From Eubacteriales bacterium (GTDB lineage: Bacteria > Bacillota > Clostridia > Oscillospirales > CAG-382), in NCBI GenBank assembly GCA_045657425.1, contig JAZOTA010000004.1:13908-77907 (forward strand): DNA of 64,000 nucleotides, read 5' to 3'. A program made the translations under genes and the position numbers. Below the pieces are notes generated by a model that was not told the DNA's origin, ran no database searches, and saw nothing but the letters and a program-made list of their open reading frames with translations. Shown here piece after piece: positions 17,886 to 26,187 of the stretch (the first letter of the stretch is position 1; each line of letters starts with the position of its first letter).

Positions 17886-18900
17886 AATCATCACCTTTGG
17901 CGAGCTTATGCTTCGTCTTGCCCCCGAAGGATATTTAAGATTTGTTCAGTCCGATAAATTTGAAGCAACCTTTGGCGGTGCCGAAGCAAACGTAGCTGTC
18001 AGCCTTGCAAACTATGGCGAAAACGTTGCTTTTGTCACAAAATTGCCCGCTCACGAAATCGGTCAAATGGCAGTCAATTCGCTTCGCAAATTTGGTGTTG
18101 ACACAAATAAGATCGCACGCGGCGGCAACCGTGTTGGTATTTATTACTGCGAAAAAGGCGCTTCGCAACGTCCCAGTAAGGTAATATATGACCGCGCAGG
18201 TTCTGCTATTGCGGATGCAACCTCTTCAGATTTTGATTGGAAATCCATCCTTGAAGGCGCAAAATGGTTTCACGTAACCGGCATTACCCCCGCTCTTAGC
18301 AAAAATGCCGCTGAAATCACTATCGAAGCTTGCAAAACCGCAAAAGAAATGGGAATCACCGTTTCGACAGACCTTAACTATCGCAAAAAGCTTTGGACAA
18401 AAGAAGAAGCAAAAGCTGTTATGACAGAGGTTTGCAAATACGTTGATTACTGTATCGCAAATGAAGAAGACGCAAAAGACGTTTTCGGCATCGAAGCCGA
18501 AAACACCGATATCGAAAGCGGCAAGCTCAACCGTGAGGGATATATCAGCGTTGCAAAGCAGCTTACCGAAACGTTTAATTTCAAGGGCGTAGCAATCACC
18601 TTGCGTGAAAGCATCAGCGCAAACGACAACAAATGGAGTGCGATGCTTTACACCGACGGCGAAGCATATTTCTCTCGCAAGTACGATATGCATATTGTTG
18701 ACCGTGTAGGTGGCGGCGATAGCTTTGGTGCAGGACTAATTTACAGCATTATCAATGGATTTGATAATCAAAAAGCAATCGAATTTGCGGTTGCGGCTTC
18801 CTGCTTGAAGCACAGTATCGAAGGCGACTACAATATGGTTTCTGTTGCTGAAGTCGAAAACCTCGCAAAGGGCTCAGGCTCGGGCAGAGTACAAAGATAA
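17875..18900 (+). CDS. kdgK: 2-dehydro-3-deoxygluconokinase
   Basis: PfkB-family kinase: ITFGELMLRL, GGAEANVAVSLA, DRVGGGDSFGAG. Overlaps eda by 11 nt. Confidence 0.85.
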   Translation: MANKIITFGELMLRLAPEGYLRFVQSDKFEATFGGAEANVAVSLANYGENVAFVTKLPAHEIGQMAVNSLRKFGVDTNKIARGGNRVGIYYCEKGASQRPSKVIYDRAGSAIADATSSDFDWKSILEGAKWFHVTGITPALSKNAAEITIEACKTAKEMGITVSTDLNYRKKLWTKEEAKAVMTEVCKYVDYCIANEEDAKDVFGIEAENTDIESGKLNREGYISVAKQLTETFNFKGVAITLRESISANDNKWSAMLYTDGEAYFSRKYDMHIVDRVGGGDSFGAGLIYSIINGFDNQKAIEFAVAASCLKHSIEGDYNMVSVAEVENLAKGSGSGRVQR

Positions 18901-18921
18901 TTCCTATAATACATAAAAAAC

Positions 18922-18948
18922 AAAGGCAGGTCGATTGACCTGCCTTTT
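18922..18948. terminator. Bidirectional terminator between kdgK and oadA
   Basis: aaa-ggcaggtc-gatt-gacctgcc-tttt. Confidence 0.75.
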
Positions 18949-18956
18949 ATTTTGTT

Positions 18957-20372
18957 TTATTTTACTTCGCGGATATTAACGTTATATTTGTTGCCGGAAG
19001 CATTTGCAAGAGCGTTGGCGATAGTAACGCCTTCATCTCTCTTTTCGAAGAACTTAAGAGCAACCTGATCGAAGAGCGCATAGGAAAGAACGTCTTCTTC
19101 CTGTTGTGCCTTGGAGCCAAGCTTTGCCTTAAGAGTTTCGAGTTCGGGCTTGATTTCGTCTGCAGGACGGCAAGTAATTTGCTTTTCGTCGCCGATAATC
19201 TTCTTAACGAAAGAAGGATCGATCTTGCAAGGAGTCTTACCGTAATCGCCTCTTACCATACCCTTGAATTCCTTGGTAACGTTCTTATATCTTTCACCAA
19301 GAAGAACGTTAAATACTGCTTGAGTACCAACGATCTGAGAGGTAGGAGTTACAAGAGGAGGATAACCTGCATCTTCTCTTACGCGCGGAACTTCTTCAAG
19401 AACTTCTTGGAGCTTTTCGCTTGCGCCTGCTTGCTTAAGCTGAGAAAGGAGGTTGGAAAGCATTCCGCCGGGAACCTGATACATAAGAGCATTTACGTTA
19501 ACCTTGAGAAGCTTAGGATCGAGCTGACCGTTAGCAATATACTTTTCACGGAGTGCATCGAAGTGCTTGGAAATCTTATCAAGCTGTGCAAGGTCGATAC
19601 CGGTATCGTAAGGAGTACCCTGAAGGGTTGCTACCATAGGTTCGGTTGCAGGCTGAGAAGTACCAAGTGCGAGAGGAGAAAGTGCACAGTCAACAACGTC
19701 AACGCCTGCTTCGATTGCCTTAAGAAGAGTCATAGAAGCAAGACCGCTGGTGTAGTGGGTGTGAAGCTGTACGGGAATCTTAACGATCGACTTGATAGCG
19801 GTTACGAGATCGTATGCATCGTAGGGCTTAAGAAGACCGGACATATCCTTGATACAGATGCTGTCTGCGCCCATTTCTTCGAGCTGTTTAGCATACTTAG
19901 CGAAGTATTCGTTCGAGAAAACAGGGCCGGTTGTATAGGAAACAGCTGCTTGAACGTGACCTTTTTCTTTTTTGGTTGCGTCAATAGCAGTCTTAAGGTT
20001 ACGGGGATCGTTAAGAGCGTCAAAAATTCTGATGATATCAATACCGTTAGCTACGCACTTTTGAACGAAGTATTCAACAACGTCATCTGCATAGTGTCTG
20101 TAACCGAGAATGTTCTGACCTCTGAAAAGCATTTGGAGAGGTGTGTTGGGACAGTTGTCCTTGATGATACGAAGTCTCTGCCAAGGATCTTCGTTAAGGA
20201 AACGGAGGCAGGAGTCGAAAGTAGCTCCGCCCCATGCTTCGAGAGAGTGATAACCAACTTTATCAAGCTCGGGAAGAATTTCCAACATTTCGTCGGTGGT
20301 CATTCTGGTAGCTATAAGAGACTGGTGGGAGTCACGAAGAATAGTTTCAGTAATTTTAACTTGTTTTGCCAT
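18957..20372 (-). CDS. oadA: Oxaloacetate decarboxylase alpha subunit / 5S-type carboxyltransferase, without a biotinyl domain
   Basis: ITETILRDSHQSLIATRM...LEAWGGATFD...HTHYTSGLA, a pyruvate-carboxyltransferase TIM barrel. The 471-aa protein ends without an AMKM motif. Confidence 0.8.
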   Translation of the reverse strand: MAKQVKITETILRDSHQSLIATRMTTDEMLEILPELDKVGYHSLEAWGGATFDSCLRFLNEDPWQRLRIIKDNCPNTPLQMLFRGQNILGYRHYADDVVEYFVQKCVANGIDIIRIFDALNDPRNLKTAIDATKKEKGHVQAAVSYTTGPVFSNEYFAKYAKQLEEMGADSICIKDMSGLLKPYDAYDLVTAIKSIVKIPVQLHTHYTSGLASMTLLKAIEAGVDVVDCALSPLALGTSQPATEPMVATLQGTPYDTGIDLAQLDKISKHFDALREKYIANGQLDPKLLKVNVNALMYQVPGGMLSNLLSQLKQAGASEKLQEVLEEVPRVREDAGYPPLVTPTSQIVGTQAVFNVLLGERYKNVTKEFKGMVRGDYGKTPCKIDPSFVKKIIGDEKQITCRPADEIKPELETLKAKLGSKAQQEEDVLSYALFDQVALKFFEKRDEGVTIANALANASGNKYNVNIREVK

Positions 20373-20394
20373 TTTAAAAACACCTTTCAGTTAA

Positions 20395-21606
20395 TTAGCC
20401 GAACATAGCAATGAATACGCCTGCAGCTACTGCAGAGCCGATAACGCCGGCAACGTTAGGTCCCATAGCGTGCATAAGAAGGAAGTTCGAGGGATTTTCT
20501 TTCTGGCCGACCATCTGAGAAACGCGTGCCGCCATAGGAACTGCGGAAACGCCTGCAGAACCGATAAGCGGATTGATTTTGCCCTTTGTGAGGAAGCACA
20601 TAAGCTTACCGAAGAGCGTACCGCCAATGGTCGCGAACGCAAACGCGCAAAGACCAAGTACAATAATGAACAGAGTTTCCTTTTGGAGGAAGTTAGCCGC
20701 ATTAGCGGTAGCGCCAACAGAAACACCAAGCATTACAGTTACAATGTTCATAAGCTCGTTCTGAACCGTCTTGGAAAGTCTTTCAGCAACACCGGAAACA
20801 CGAAGAAGGTTACCGAGCATAAGCATACCGACAAGTGCGGTTGCAGAAGGAAGAATAAGGCTTACGATAAGAGTAACAACAATCGGGAAAATAACTTCTT
20901 CAACCTTGGAAACGTTACGAAGCTGACCCATAACGATCTGACGTTCCTTTTTGGAGGTGAATGCCTTCATGATAGGAGGCTGAATGAAAGGAACGAGAGC
21001 CATATAAGAATAAGCAGCAATTGCTATTGCACCGAGAAGATGCGGAGCAAGTGTTTTGGTAACATAAATTGCGGTAGGACCGTCTGCACCACCGATGATA
21101 CCGATAGATGCCGATTCTGCAACGGTAAAGCCAAGCATAAGTGCACCAAAGAATGCCGCAAAAACGCCGAGCTGTGCAGCTGCACCGAGAAGAAGACTCT
21201 TGGGGTTTGCGATAAGAGGCTTAAAGTCGGTCATCGCGCCTACACCCAAGAAGATGAGCGGCGGGAAAATACCAAGCTTTACGCCAAGATAGAGATAGTC
21301 AATCAAACCACCTTCGTGTCCGAGACGTCCCCAATCAATACCATCGGCATTGATAAAGATATCGCTGTGGAACACAGCATCGCCGATAGGACCGGGTATG
21401 TTTACGAGAAGCATACCGAAAGCAATCGGAAGAAGAAGGAGCGGTTCAAACTTTTTGACTACCGCAAGATAGAAAAGCGTACCAACGATAACATACATTA
21501 TCATGGTGCCTATATCAAACGGGAATGTAATTCCCCAATAGGTTGTTTCAGAGAAGAGTTCCGCAAAACCGGAACTTTCATACAAACCTAACAAAGCATC
21601 TTTCAT
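20395..21606 (-). CDS. oadB: Na+-translocating decarboxylase beta subunit
   Basis: 403-aa polytopic membrane protein of OadB/GcdB/MmdB type (IGIIGGADGPTAI, MGPNVAGVIGSAVAAG). Confidence 0.85.
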   Translation of the reverse strand: MKDALLGLYESSGFAELFSETTYWGITFPFDIGTMIMYVIVGTLFYLAVVKKFEPLLLLPIAFGMLLVNIPGPIGDAVFHSDIFINADGIDWGRLGHEGGLIDYLYLGVKLGIFPPLIFLGVGAMTDFKPLIANPKSLLLGAAAQLGVFAAFFGALMLGFTVAESASIGIIGGADGPTAIYVTKTLAPHLLGAIAIAAYSYMALVPFIQPPIMKAFTSKKERQIVMGQLRNVSKVEEVIFPIVVTLIVSLILPSATALVGMLMLGNLLRVSGVAERLSKTVQNELMNIVTVMLGVSVGATANAANFLQKETLFIIVLGLCAFAFATIGGTLFGKLMCFLTKGKINPLIGSAGVSAVPMAARVSQMVGQKENPSNFLLMHAMGPNVAGVIGSAVAAGVFIAMFG

Positions 21607-21649
21607 AATCTGACCCTTTCTTTTTTATCTTTTCGAGATTCGGTTTTAA

Positions 21650-22045
21650 TTAACCGATAACGAAAAGGAGGTCGCCGGTGTTAACAGAGGAACCTTTGGT
21701 TGCAACAACGGAAGCGATAGTACCGTCTTGAGGTGCAACGATTTCGTTTTCCATCTTCATTGCTTCGAGAATGCAAAGAACATCGCCGCTCTTTACGCTT
21801 GCGCCTGCAGAAACCTTGATGTCAAGAACAGTACCGGGAAGAGGAGCGTTTACTTTAACTCCGTCAGCGGGTGCTGCTGCGGGTGCAGGTGCAGGTGCTG
21901 CTGCGGGTGCGGGTGCCGCTGCGGGAGCAGGTGCTGCTGCAGGTGCTGCTGCAGGTGCGGTAGCAACGCTTGCATTAAGAGCAGTTTCTTCAACGATTAC
22001 TTCATAACCGGTGCCGTTTACGGTAACGATATACTTTTTAGCCAT
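21650..22045 (-). CDS. Stand-alone biotin carboxyl carrier protein with Ala-Pro linker
   Basis: C-terminal biotinyl domain with EAMKMENEI, preceded by (A/P)n linker APAAAPAAAPAPAAAPAPAAAPAPAPAAAP. Confidence 0.85.
   Translation of the reverse strand: MAKKYIVTVNGTGYEVIVEETALNASVATAPAAAPAAAPAPAAAPAPAAAPAPAPAAAPADGVKVNAPLPGTVLDIKVSAGASVKSGDVLCILEAMKMENEIVAPQDGTIASVVATKGSSVNTGDLLFVIG
21868..21962. repeat. GCN/CCN low-complexity triplet repeat encoding the Ala-Pro linker of the BCCP
   Basis: gctgctgcgggtgcaggtgcaggtgctgctgcgggtgcgggtgcc... on the plus strand. It lies in frame inside the minus-strand CDS. Confidence 0.85.
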
Positions 22046-22107
22046 GATTAAATTCTCCTTATATTTTGAAAAAATTTACTTAGTTTTCAATTTTGTGTCG
22101 GTTATTT

Positions 22108-22806
22108 TTAACCAATCACAAAGAGCAAATCACCGGTATTAACCGACGAGCCTTTAGTTGCAACGACAGAAGCGATTGTACCGTCTTGAGGCGCTACGAT
22201 TTCGTTTTCCATCTTCATAGCTTCAAGAATACAAAGAATGTCGCCACTCTTAACGGTTGCACCAACCGAAACCTTAACGTCAAGAACAGTACCCGGAAGA
22301 GGAGCGTTGATCTTAACGCCGTCTGCAGGAGCAGCTGCAGGTGCAGGAGCGGCCGCAGGAGCGGGAGTTGCCGCAGGTGCAGGAGCTGCTACGGGAGCAG
22401 GTGCCGCAACTTGAGCAGGTTGGGACACAACGGTTTTCTGACCGTTGATAGGGGAAATTGAAAGTACCTTAAAGTTAACTTCGCTTTGTCCGCGCGAAGC
22501 GGCGATAGCGGCAGTTGCAATAGCAACGATCTTTTCTTCTTCAGAAGCGCTTGCCGAATTGATCGGAGCGGAAGAAGCAGAAACAGATTCAGCGGTATTA
22601 GTTACGGGAGCTTTATTAGCTTTCTTATCATCCTTTTGAGATGCAAAAATCAACTTGAACAGCTGAAGAATCAACATCAAAATCAAAAGAACGCCGAAAA
22701 CCACACCCATACCGATGCCAACAACCTGCAATCCGAACATTACTTTATCGCCCATTGCAGCATTATCGATGCCTTCGCCAAACTTTAAAAGAGTGGTAAA
22801 ATTCAT
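22108..22806 (-). CDS. Fusion of an OadG-like membrane anchor (gamma/delta subunit) with a second biotinyl carrier domain
   Basis: N-terminal OadG-like TM GLQVVGIGMGVVFGVLLILMLILQLF, then an Ala-Pro linker. The C-terminal biotinyl domain has its last 42 aa identical to the neighbouring BCCP. Confidence 0.7.
   Translation of the reverse strand: MNFTTLLKFGEGIDNAAMGDKVMFGLQVVGIGMGVVFGVLLILMLILQLFKLIFASQKDDKKANKAPVTNTAESVSASSAPINSASASEEEKIVAIATAAIAASRGQSEVNFKVLSISPINGQKTVVSQPAQVAAPAPVAAPAPAATPAPAAAPAPAAAPADGVKINAPLPGTVLDVKVSVGATVKSGDILCILEAMKMENEIVAPQDGTIASVVATKGSSVNTGDLLFVIG
22325..22412. repeat. Second Ala-Pro-coding triplet repeat (linker of the OadG-BCCP fusion)
   Basis: gcaggagcagctgcaggtgcaggagcggccgcaggagcgggagttgccgcaggtgcagg... 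Confidence 0.85.
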
Positions 22807-23006
22807 AGACTTTGTTTCCTTTCTTCAGGGAAGAAACCCATTCTCCCCTATTATATTTTTCTATGATAATAATACATCTAAACTATTGAAAAATCAAGTT
22901 TTTTTATCTATCGGGAACAAAATCTATATTTCGCCCTATGCCAATACAATATGTTGTTATTTTTTGTTAATTATGACGATAACGGTAACATCTTGTTGAA
23001 CAAAGA

Positions 23007-23030
23007 AAAGCGGACAAAACCGTCCGCTTT
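23007..23030 (-). terminator. Terminator of the first SBP-like lipoprotein gene
   Basis: Minus strand reads aaagcggacgg-tttt-gtccgcttt followed by tctttgtt. Confidence 0.6.
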
Positions 23031-23076
23031 CTTAATAATAACCGTAAATGAAAATCTATTTAAATTTATACTTATG

Positions 23077-24561
23077 TCACGAATATGTTTCGACAAGAAT
23101 CTGTATTTCAGTTTCGGCTTGCTTTTTACGTGCCGCAATGCCCGATACTATGTCAGAACCGCGACTTTTAGTTAAATCGTAAAACATAGTTACAAGCTTA
23201 CCAAAGTTGTAGCATTCGCCGATATCATAAACTATATTGTCGAATATGATGTCAAGCATCTCTTCACTTTCGTCATCGCGAAGATCCTTGTATCTGAGGT
23301 TTACTTCATAGTAAGCAACTGTGATAAAGTTCTTGGCCCATGCAGAATATGCCTCGACCATATATGCAGAAAATTCAGGGTCTTGTGCACTTATGGGAAT
23401 AGCAATACCTGCCGTTTCACCGGTTGTACAGTAGCTGTTATAATTTTCCTGTGTATCGTCGATCAACGGCATAGGAAGAACGCCGAATTCAATTTCACTG
23501 AGTTTTCTGAGCTTGGTAGTCGCAGAGAAGCCGGACGGTCTGAACAATGCTCTACCCTCGTAGAAAACTGCGAACGAGGTTTCCCAAATAGGAGCTTCAC
23601 ATTCCTCGGCATAGAGCAACCAATTTGCATTCGCAAATACGTCAAGTAATTTTTTCGAAAGATTTATAGAACGCTCGGTCGTGCCAATTTGTAAAACGGG
23701 CATATCATCGCTATCCTTGCCGCAAATCAATTCACCCGAAGCACCGTAAAAATTAAAGGGATCACTGTAAGACGAAACCATACCGTAAACATTATCGTCA
23801 GAGTAGCTTCCGTCTGCAGTGCTGATATTGGTAACGGTCTTTGCGCATTCTACGAGCTTATCAAACGTCCATTTTTTATCTCTTACAAGCTGATAAAAAT
23901 CGGTCTCGGAAAAATATTTTTGAGCCATTTCTTTATTGAAAAGAATTGAGGGCGAATTAACCTTGTTCAAAATAGTAATGTCACCGGTGGTGAAATACAA
24001 TTGTTCGCCGATAGAAAATGCTTCCGAGCAGTTTCTATCGTACCAAGGTGCATTTGTATCAAATTCTTTCAACGATCTTAAATCGTGCAAATATTCTTGC
24101 GATGCCAAAGTAGAAAGATTTTTAAGCGTAGGCATAATCGCATCGTACGTGCCGAGATTTGATTGACAGTCCGTCTGAATATCATTGAAAATAGTATCGC
24201 TTTTTACAACTTCAAGATTCACGTTATAAAGACGCTCAACTGTATCGTTTCTCTTCTGAACAGCGTCGTCAAGAAGCTCGCCGTAAAGAGTGCTATCAGT
24301 CGTAAAATCGTCGGATTGGTACGTACCCGCAATCGCTCCTCTTACGATAATCGTAAAGGTTTTACCTTGCATATCCTTGACTTCGTGCTTGGGAACATAA
24401 TTACCGTTTTTGTCAAGATAATCACTGTTTTCGTCTTTTTCAGACGAAATATCGGAAATGTTGTTTGTCGAAGAAGATTCTGCCACATCAGTTGATTCGC
24501 ATGCCGCAAAGGAAGAGATGGCAAAACACAAAAGAAGAAGGATAATGATTGATTTTTTCAT
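23077..24561 (-). CDS. Lipoprotein, large family-1 extracellular solute-binding-like (LipO/YtcQ-like), paralogue A
   Basis: Lipobox ISSFAAC and 494 aa. SBP-like alternating pattern with aromatic-rich sugar-binding-type blocks. Family assignment was made by eye only. Confidence 0.45.
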   Translation of the reverse strand: MKKSIIILLLLCFAISSFAACESTDVAESSSTNNISDISSEKDENSDYLDKNGNYVPKHEVKDMQGKTFTIIVRGAIAGTYQSDDFTTDSTLYGELLDDAVQKRNDTVERLYNVNLEVVKSDTIFNDIQTDCQSNLGTYDAIMPTLKNLSTLASQEYLHDLRSLKEFDTNAPWYDRNCSEAFSIGEQLYFTTGDITILNKVNSPSILFNKEMAQKYFSETDFYQLVRDKKWTFDKLVECAKTVTNISTADGSYSDDNVYGMVSSYSDPFNFYGASGELICGKDSDDMPVLQIGTTERSINLSKKLLDVFANANWLLYAEECEAPIWETSFAVFYEGRALFRPSGFSATTKLRKLSEIEFGVLPMPLIDDTQENYNSYCTTGETAGIAIPISAQDPEFSAYMVEAYSAWAKNFITVAYYEVNLRYKDLRDDESEEMLDIIFDNIVYDIGECYNFGKLVTMFYDLTKSRGSDIVSGIAARKKQAETEIQILVETYS

Positions 24562-24652
24562 ATTCAGCTCCTTAACTGTTTTTTCATATTTTATAATATT
24601 TGTTGATAAAAAAGCAATAGCAAATTATATTTCAATTATCTTAACAAAATGC

Positions 24653-24679
24653 AAAGCCGCGGGATTAACCGCGGCTTTT
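24653..24679 (-). terminator. Terminator of the second SBP-like lipoprotein gene
   Basis: aaagccgcgg-gattaa-ccgcggcttt. On the minus strand it is followed by gcattttgtt. Confidence 0.6.
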
Positions 24680-24693
24680 CTCAAAAAATTCAA

Positions 24694-26163
24694 TTAATCA
24701 GTGTAAGTTTCAATAAGCTGTTCGATTTCAACTTCCGCCTGAGCTTTTCGGGTATCAAGTGTAGAAACAACGTCGGCACTTCCCTCTTTTACAAGGTCGT
24801 TAAAAATTGCAGAAACTTTACCAAATTTGAAGCATTCTCCAATATCATAAACGATGTTATCGAAAATGATATCAAGCATTTCTTCACTTTCATCGTCACG
24901 AAGATCTTTATAACGAAGATTTACTTCGTAATATGCAGGAGTAAGATAATTCTTTGCCCATGCAGAATAAGCATCGATCATATAAGCAGAAAATTCGGGA
25001 TCCTGCGCACAGATAGGAATTGCAATACCCGCAGTCGCACCGGTACCGCAGAAGCTGTAATACGAATCCTGAGTATCATCCATCATAGGAACAGGAAGAA
25101 CACCGAACTCGATTTCGCTGAGCTTTCTAAGCTTTGTCGTTGCGCTAAAATACGAAGGTCTGAACAAAGCTCTGCCTTCATAGAAAACTTCAAAAGAGGT
25201 TTCCCAAATAGGATCTGCGCATTTTTGTGCATGAATCAACCAGTTTGCATCCTTGTAGGTTTCGAGTATCTTCTGTGCAAGTGTTATAGATCTTTCGCTA
25301 GAACCGAAAGAAAGGTACGGAAGGTCATTGCTGTCCTTATCACAGAATTTTTCGCCCGAAGCGCCAAAGAAAACGATCGGATCGCCATACGCAGTGACCA
25401 TACCGTAAGTATTTTCATCAGAATAACTGCCGTCCGCCGTAGAGATGTTAGCGACGCCCTTGGCACATTCAACAAGAGTATCAAACGTCCATTTTTTATC
25501 TCTTGCAAGCTGATAAAAATCGATTTCGGGATAATACTTTTGAGCCATTTCCTTATTGAAAAGGATGGAAGGAGTATTCACCTTATTAAGAATGGTAAGG
25601 TCGCCGGTAGTGAAAAACACCTTGTTGTTGATAGAGAATGCTTCGGTACAGTTTTTATCATACCAAGGAGCATTAATATCAAAGCCTTCGATAGTGTTCA
25701 AGTCATAAAGATATTCTTGAGATGCAAGCGAAGAAAGGAAAGAAAGCGAAGGCATAATAGCATCGTAAGTACCAAGATTGGATTGGCAGTCAAGAAGAAT
25801 GTCATTGTTGATGGTATCGGACTTTATAACATCAAGAGTTACGTTGTAAAGCTTTTCAACCATGTCGTTTCTCTTTTTAACCGCATCGTCGATAAGTTCG
25901 CCGTACATATGGCTTTCGGTGGTAAAGTCGTCGGAAACATAAGTGCCTTCACCGCCGATAACGATAACGGTAAAGGTTCTGCCGCCCAAGTCTTTAACTT
26001 CGTGGTTAGGCGTAAAGAGTTCGTCGGATTTAGATTCGTCGCCGGAATTCTCTCCTGCAGTTGAGCTATCGTCGGTTTCGGTAGTTTCTTCGCTCTGACA
26101 TGCGATAAGAGAAAAAAGCATAAGAGCAACAAGAAGAATGAGCGCTAATAATCTTTTTTTCAT
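24694..26163 (-). CDS. Lipoprotein, solute-binding-like, paralogue B (tandem duplicate of 23077-24561)
   Basis: Lipobox FSLIAC and 489 aa. Shares long identical runs with paralogue A, for example YYEVNLRYKDLRDDESEEMLDIIFDNIVYDIGEC. Confidence 0.45.
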   Translation of the reverse strand: MKKRLLALILLVALMLFSLIACQSEETTETDDSSTAGENSGDESKSDELFTPNHEVKDLGGRTFTVIVIGGEGTYVSDDFTTESHMYGELIDDAVKKRNDMVEKLYNVTLDVIKSDTINNDILLDCQSNLGTYDAIMPSLSFLSSLASQEYLYDLNTIEGFDINAPWYDKNCTEAFSINNKVFFTTGDLTILNKVNTPSILFNKEMAQKYYPEIDFYQLARDKKWTFDTLVECAKGVANISTADGSYSDENTYGMVTAYGDPIVFFGASGEKFCDKDSNDLPYLSFGSSERSITLAQKILETYKDANWLIHAQKCADPIWETSFEVFYEGRALFRPSYFSATTKLRKLSEIEFGVLPVPMMDDTQDSYYSFCGTGATAGIAIPICAQDPEFSAYMIDAYSAWAKNYLTPAYYEVNLRYKDLRDDESEEMLDIIFDNIVYDIGECFKFGKVSAIFNDLVKEGSADVVSTLDTRKAQAEVEIEQLIETYTD

Positions 26164-26187
26164 AATAACCTCTCTATAAATTCTTTA

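Noticed and set aside
19104-20408. 434-aa plus-strand ORF opposite oadA, and the similar 373-aa ORF at 20470-21591 opposite oadB
   Set aside because: Both are antisense shadows of strongly conserved decarboxylase subunits. Their translations are Cys/Arg/Asn-rich and resemble no protein family.
21771-22007. Gly/Ala-rich 78-aa ORF, plus the GCN-repeat DNA at 21868-21962 and 22325-22412, which at first glance looks like a tandem-repeat or VNTR locus
   Set aside because: The repeats are the in-frame Ala-Pro linkers of two biotin carrier proteins on the other strand, a well-known feature of BCCP and lipoyl proteins. This is not a CRISPR array, a satellite or an independent gene.
24649-26064. 471-aa plus-strand ORF opposite the second SBP-like lipoprotein
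   Set aside because: It is a shadow ORF. The minus-strand frame has a lipobox, an RBS, a terminator and a clear paralogue, whereas this frame has none of these.
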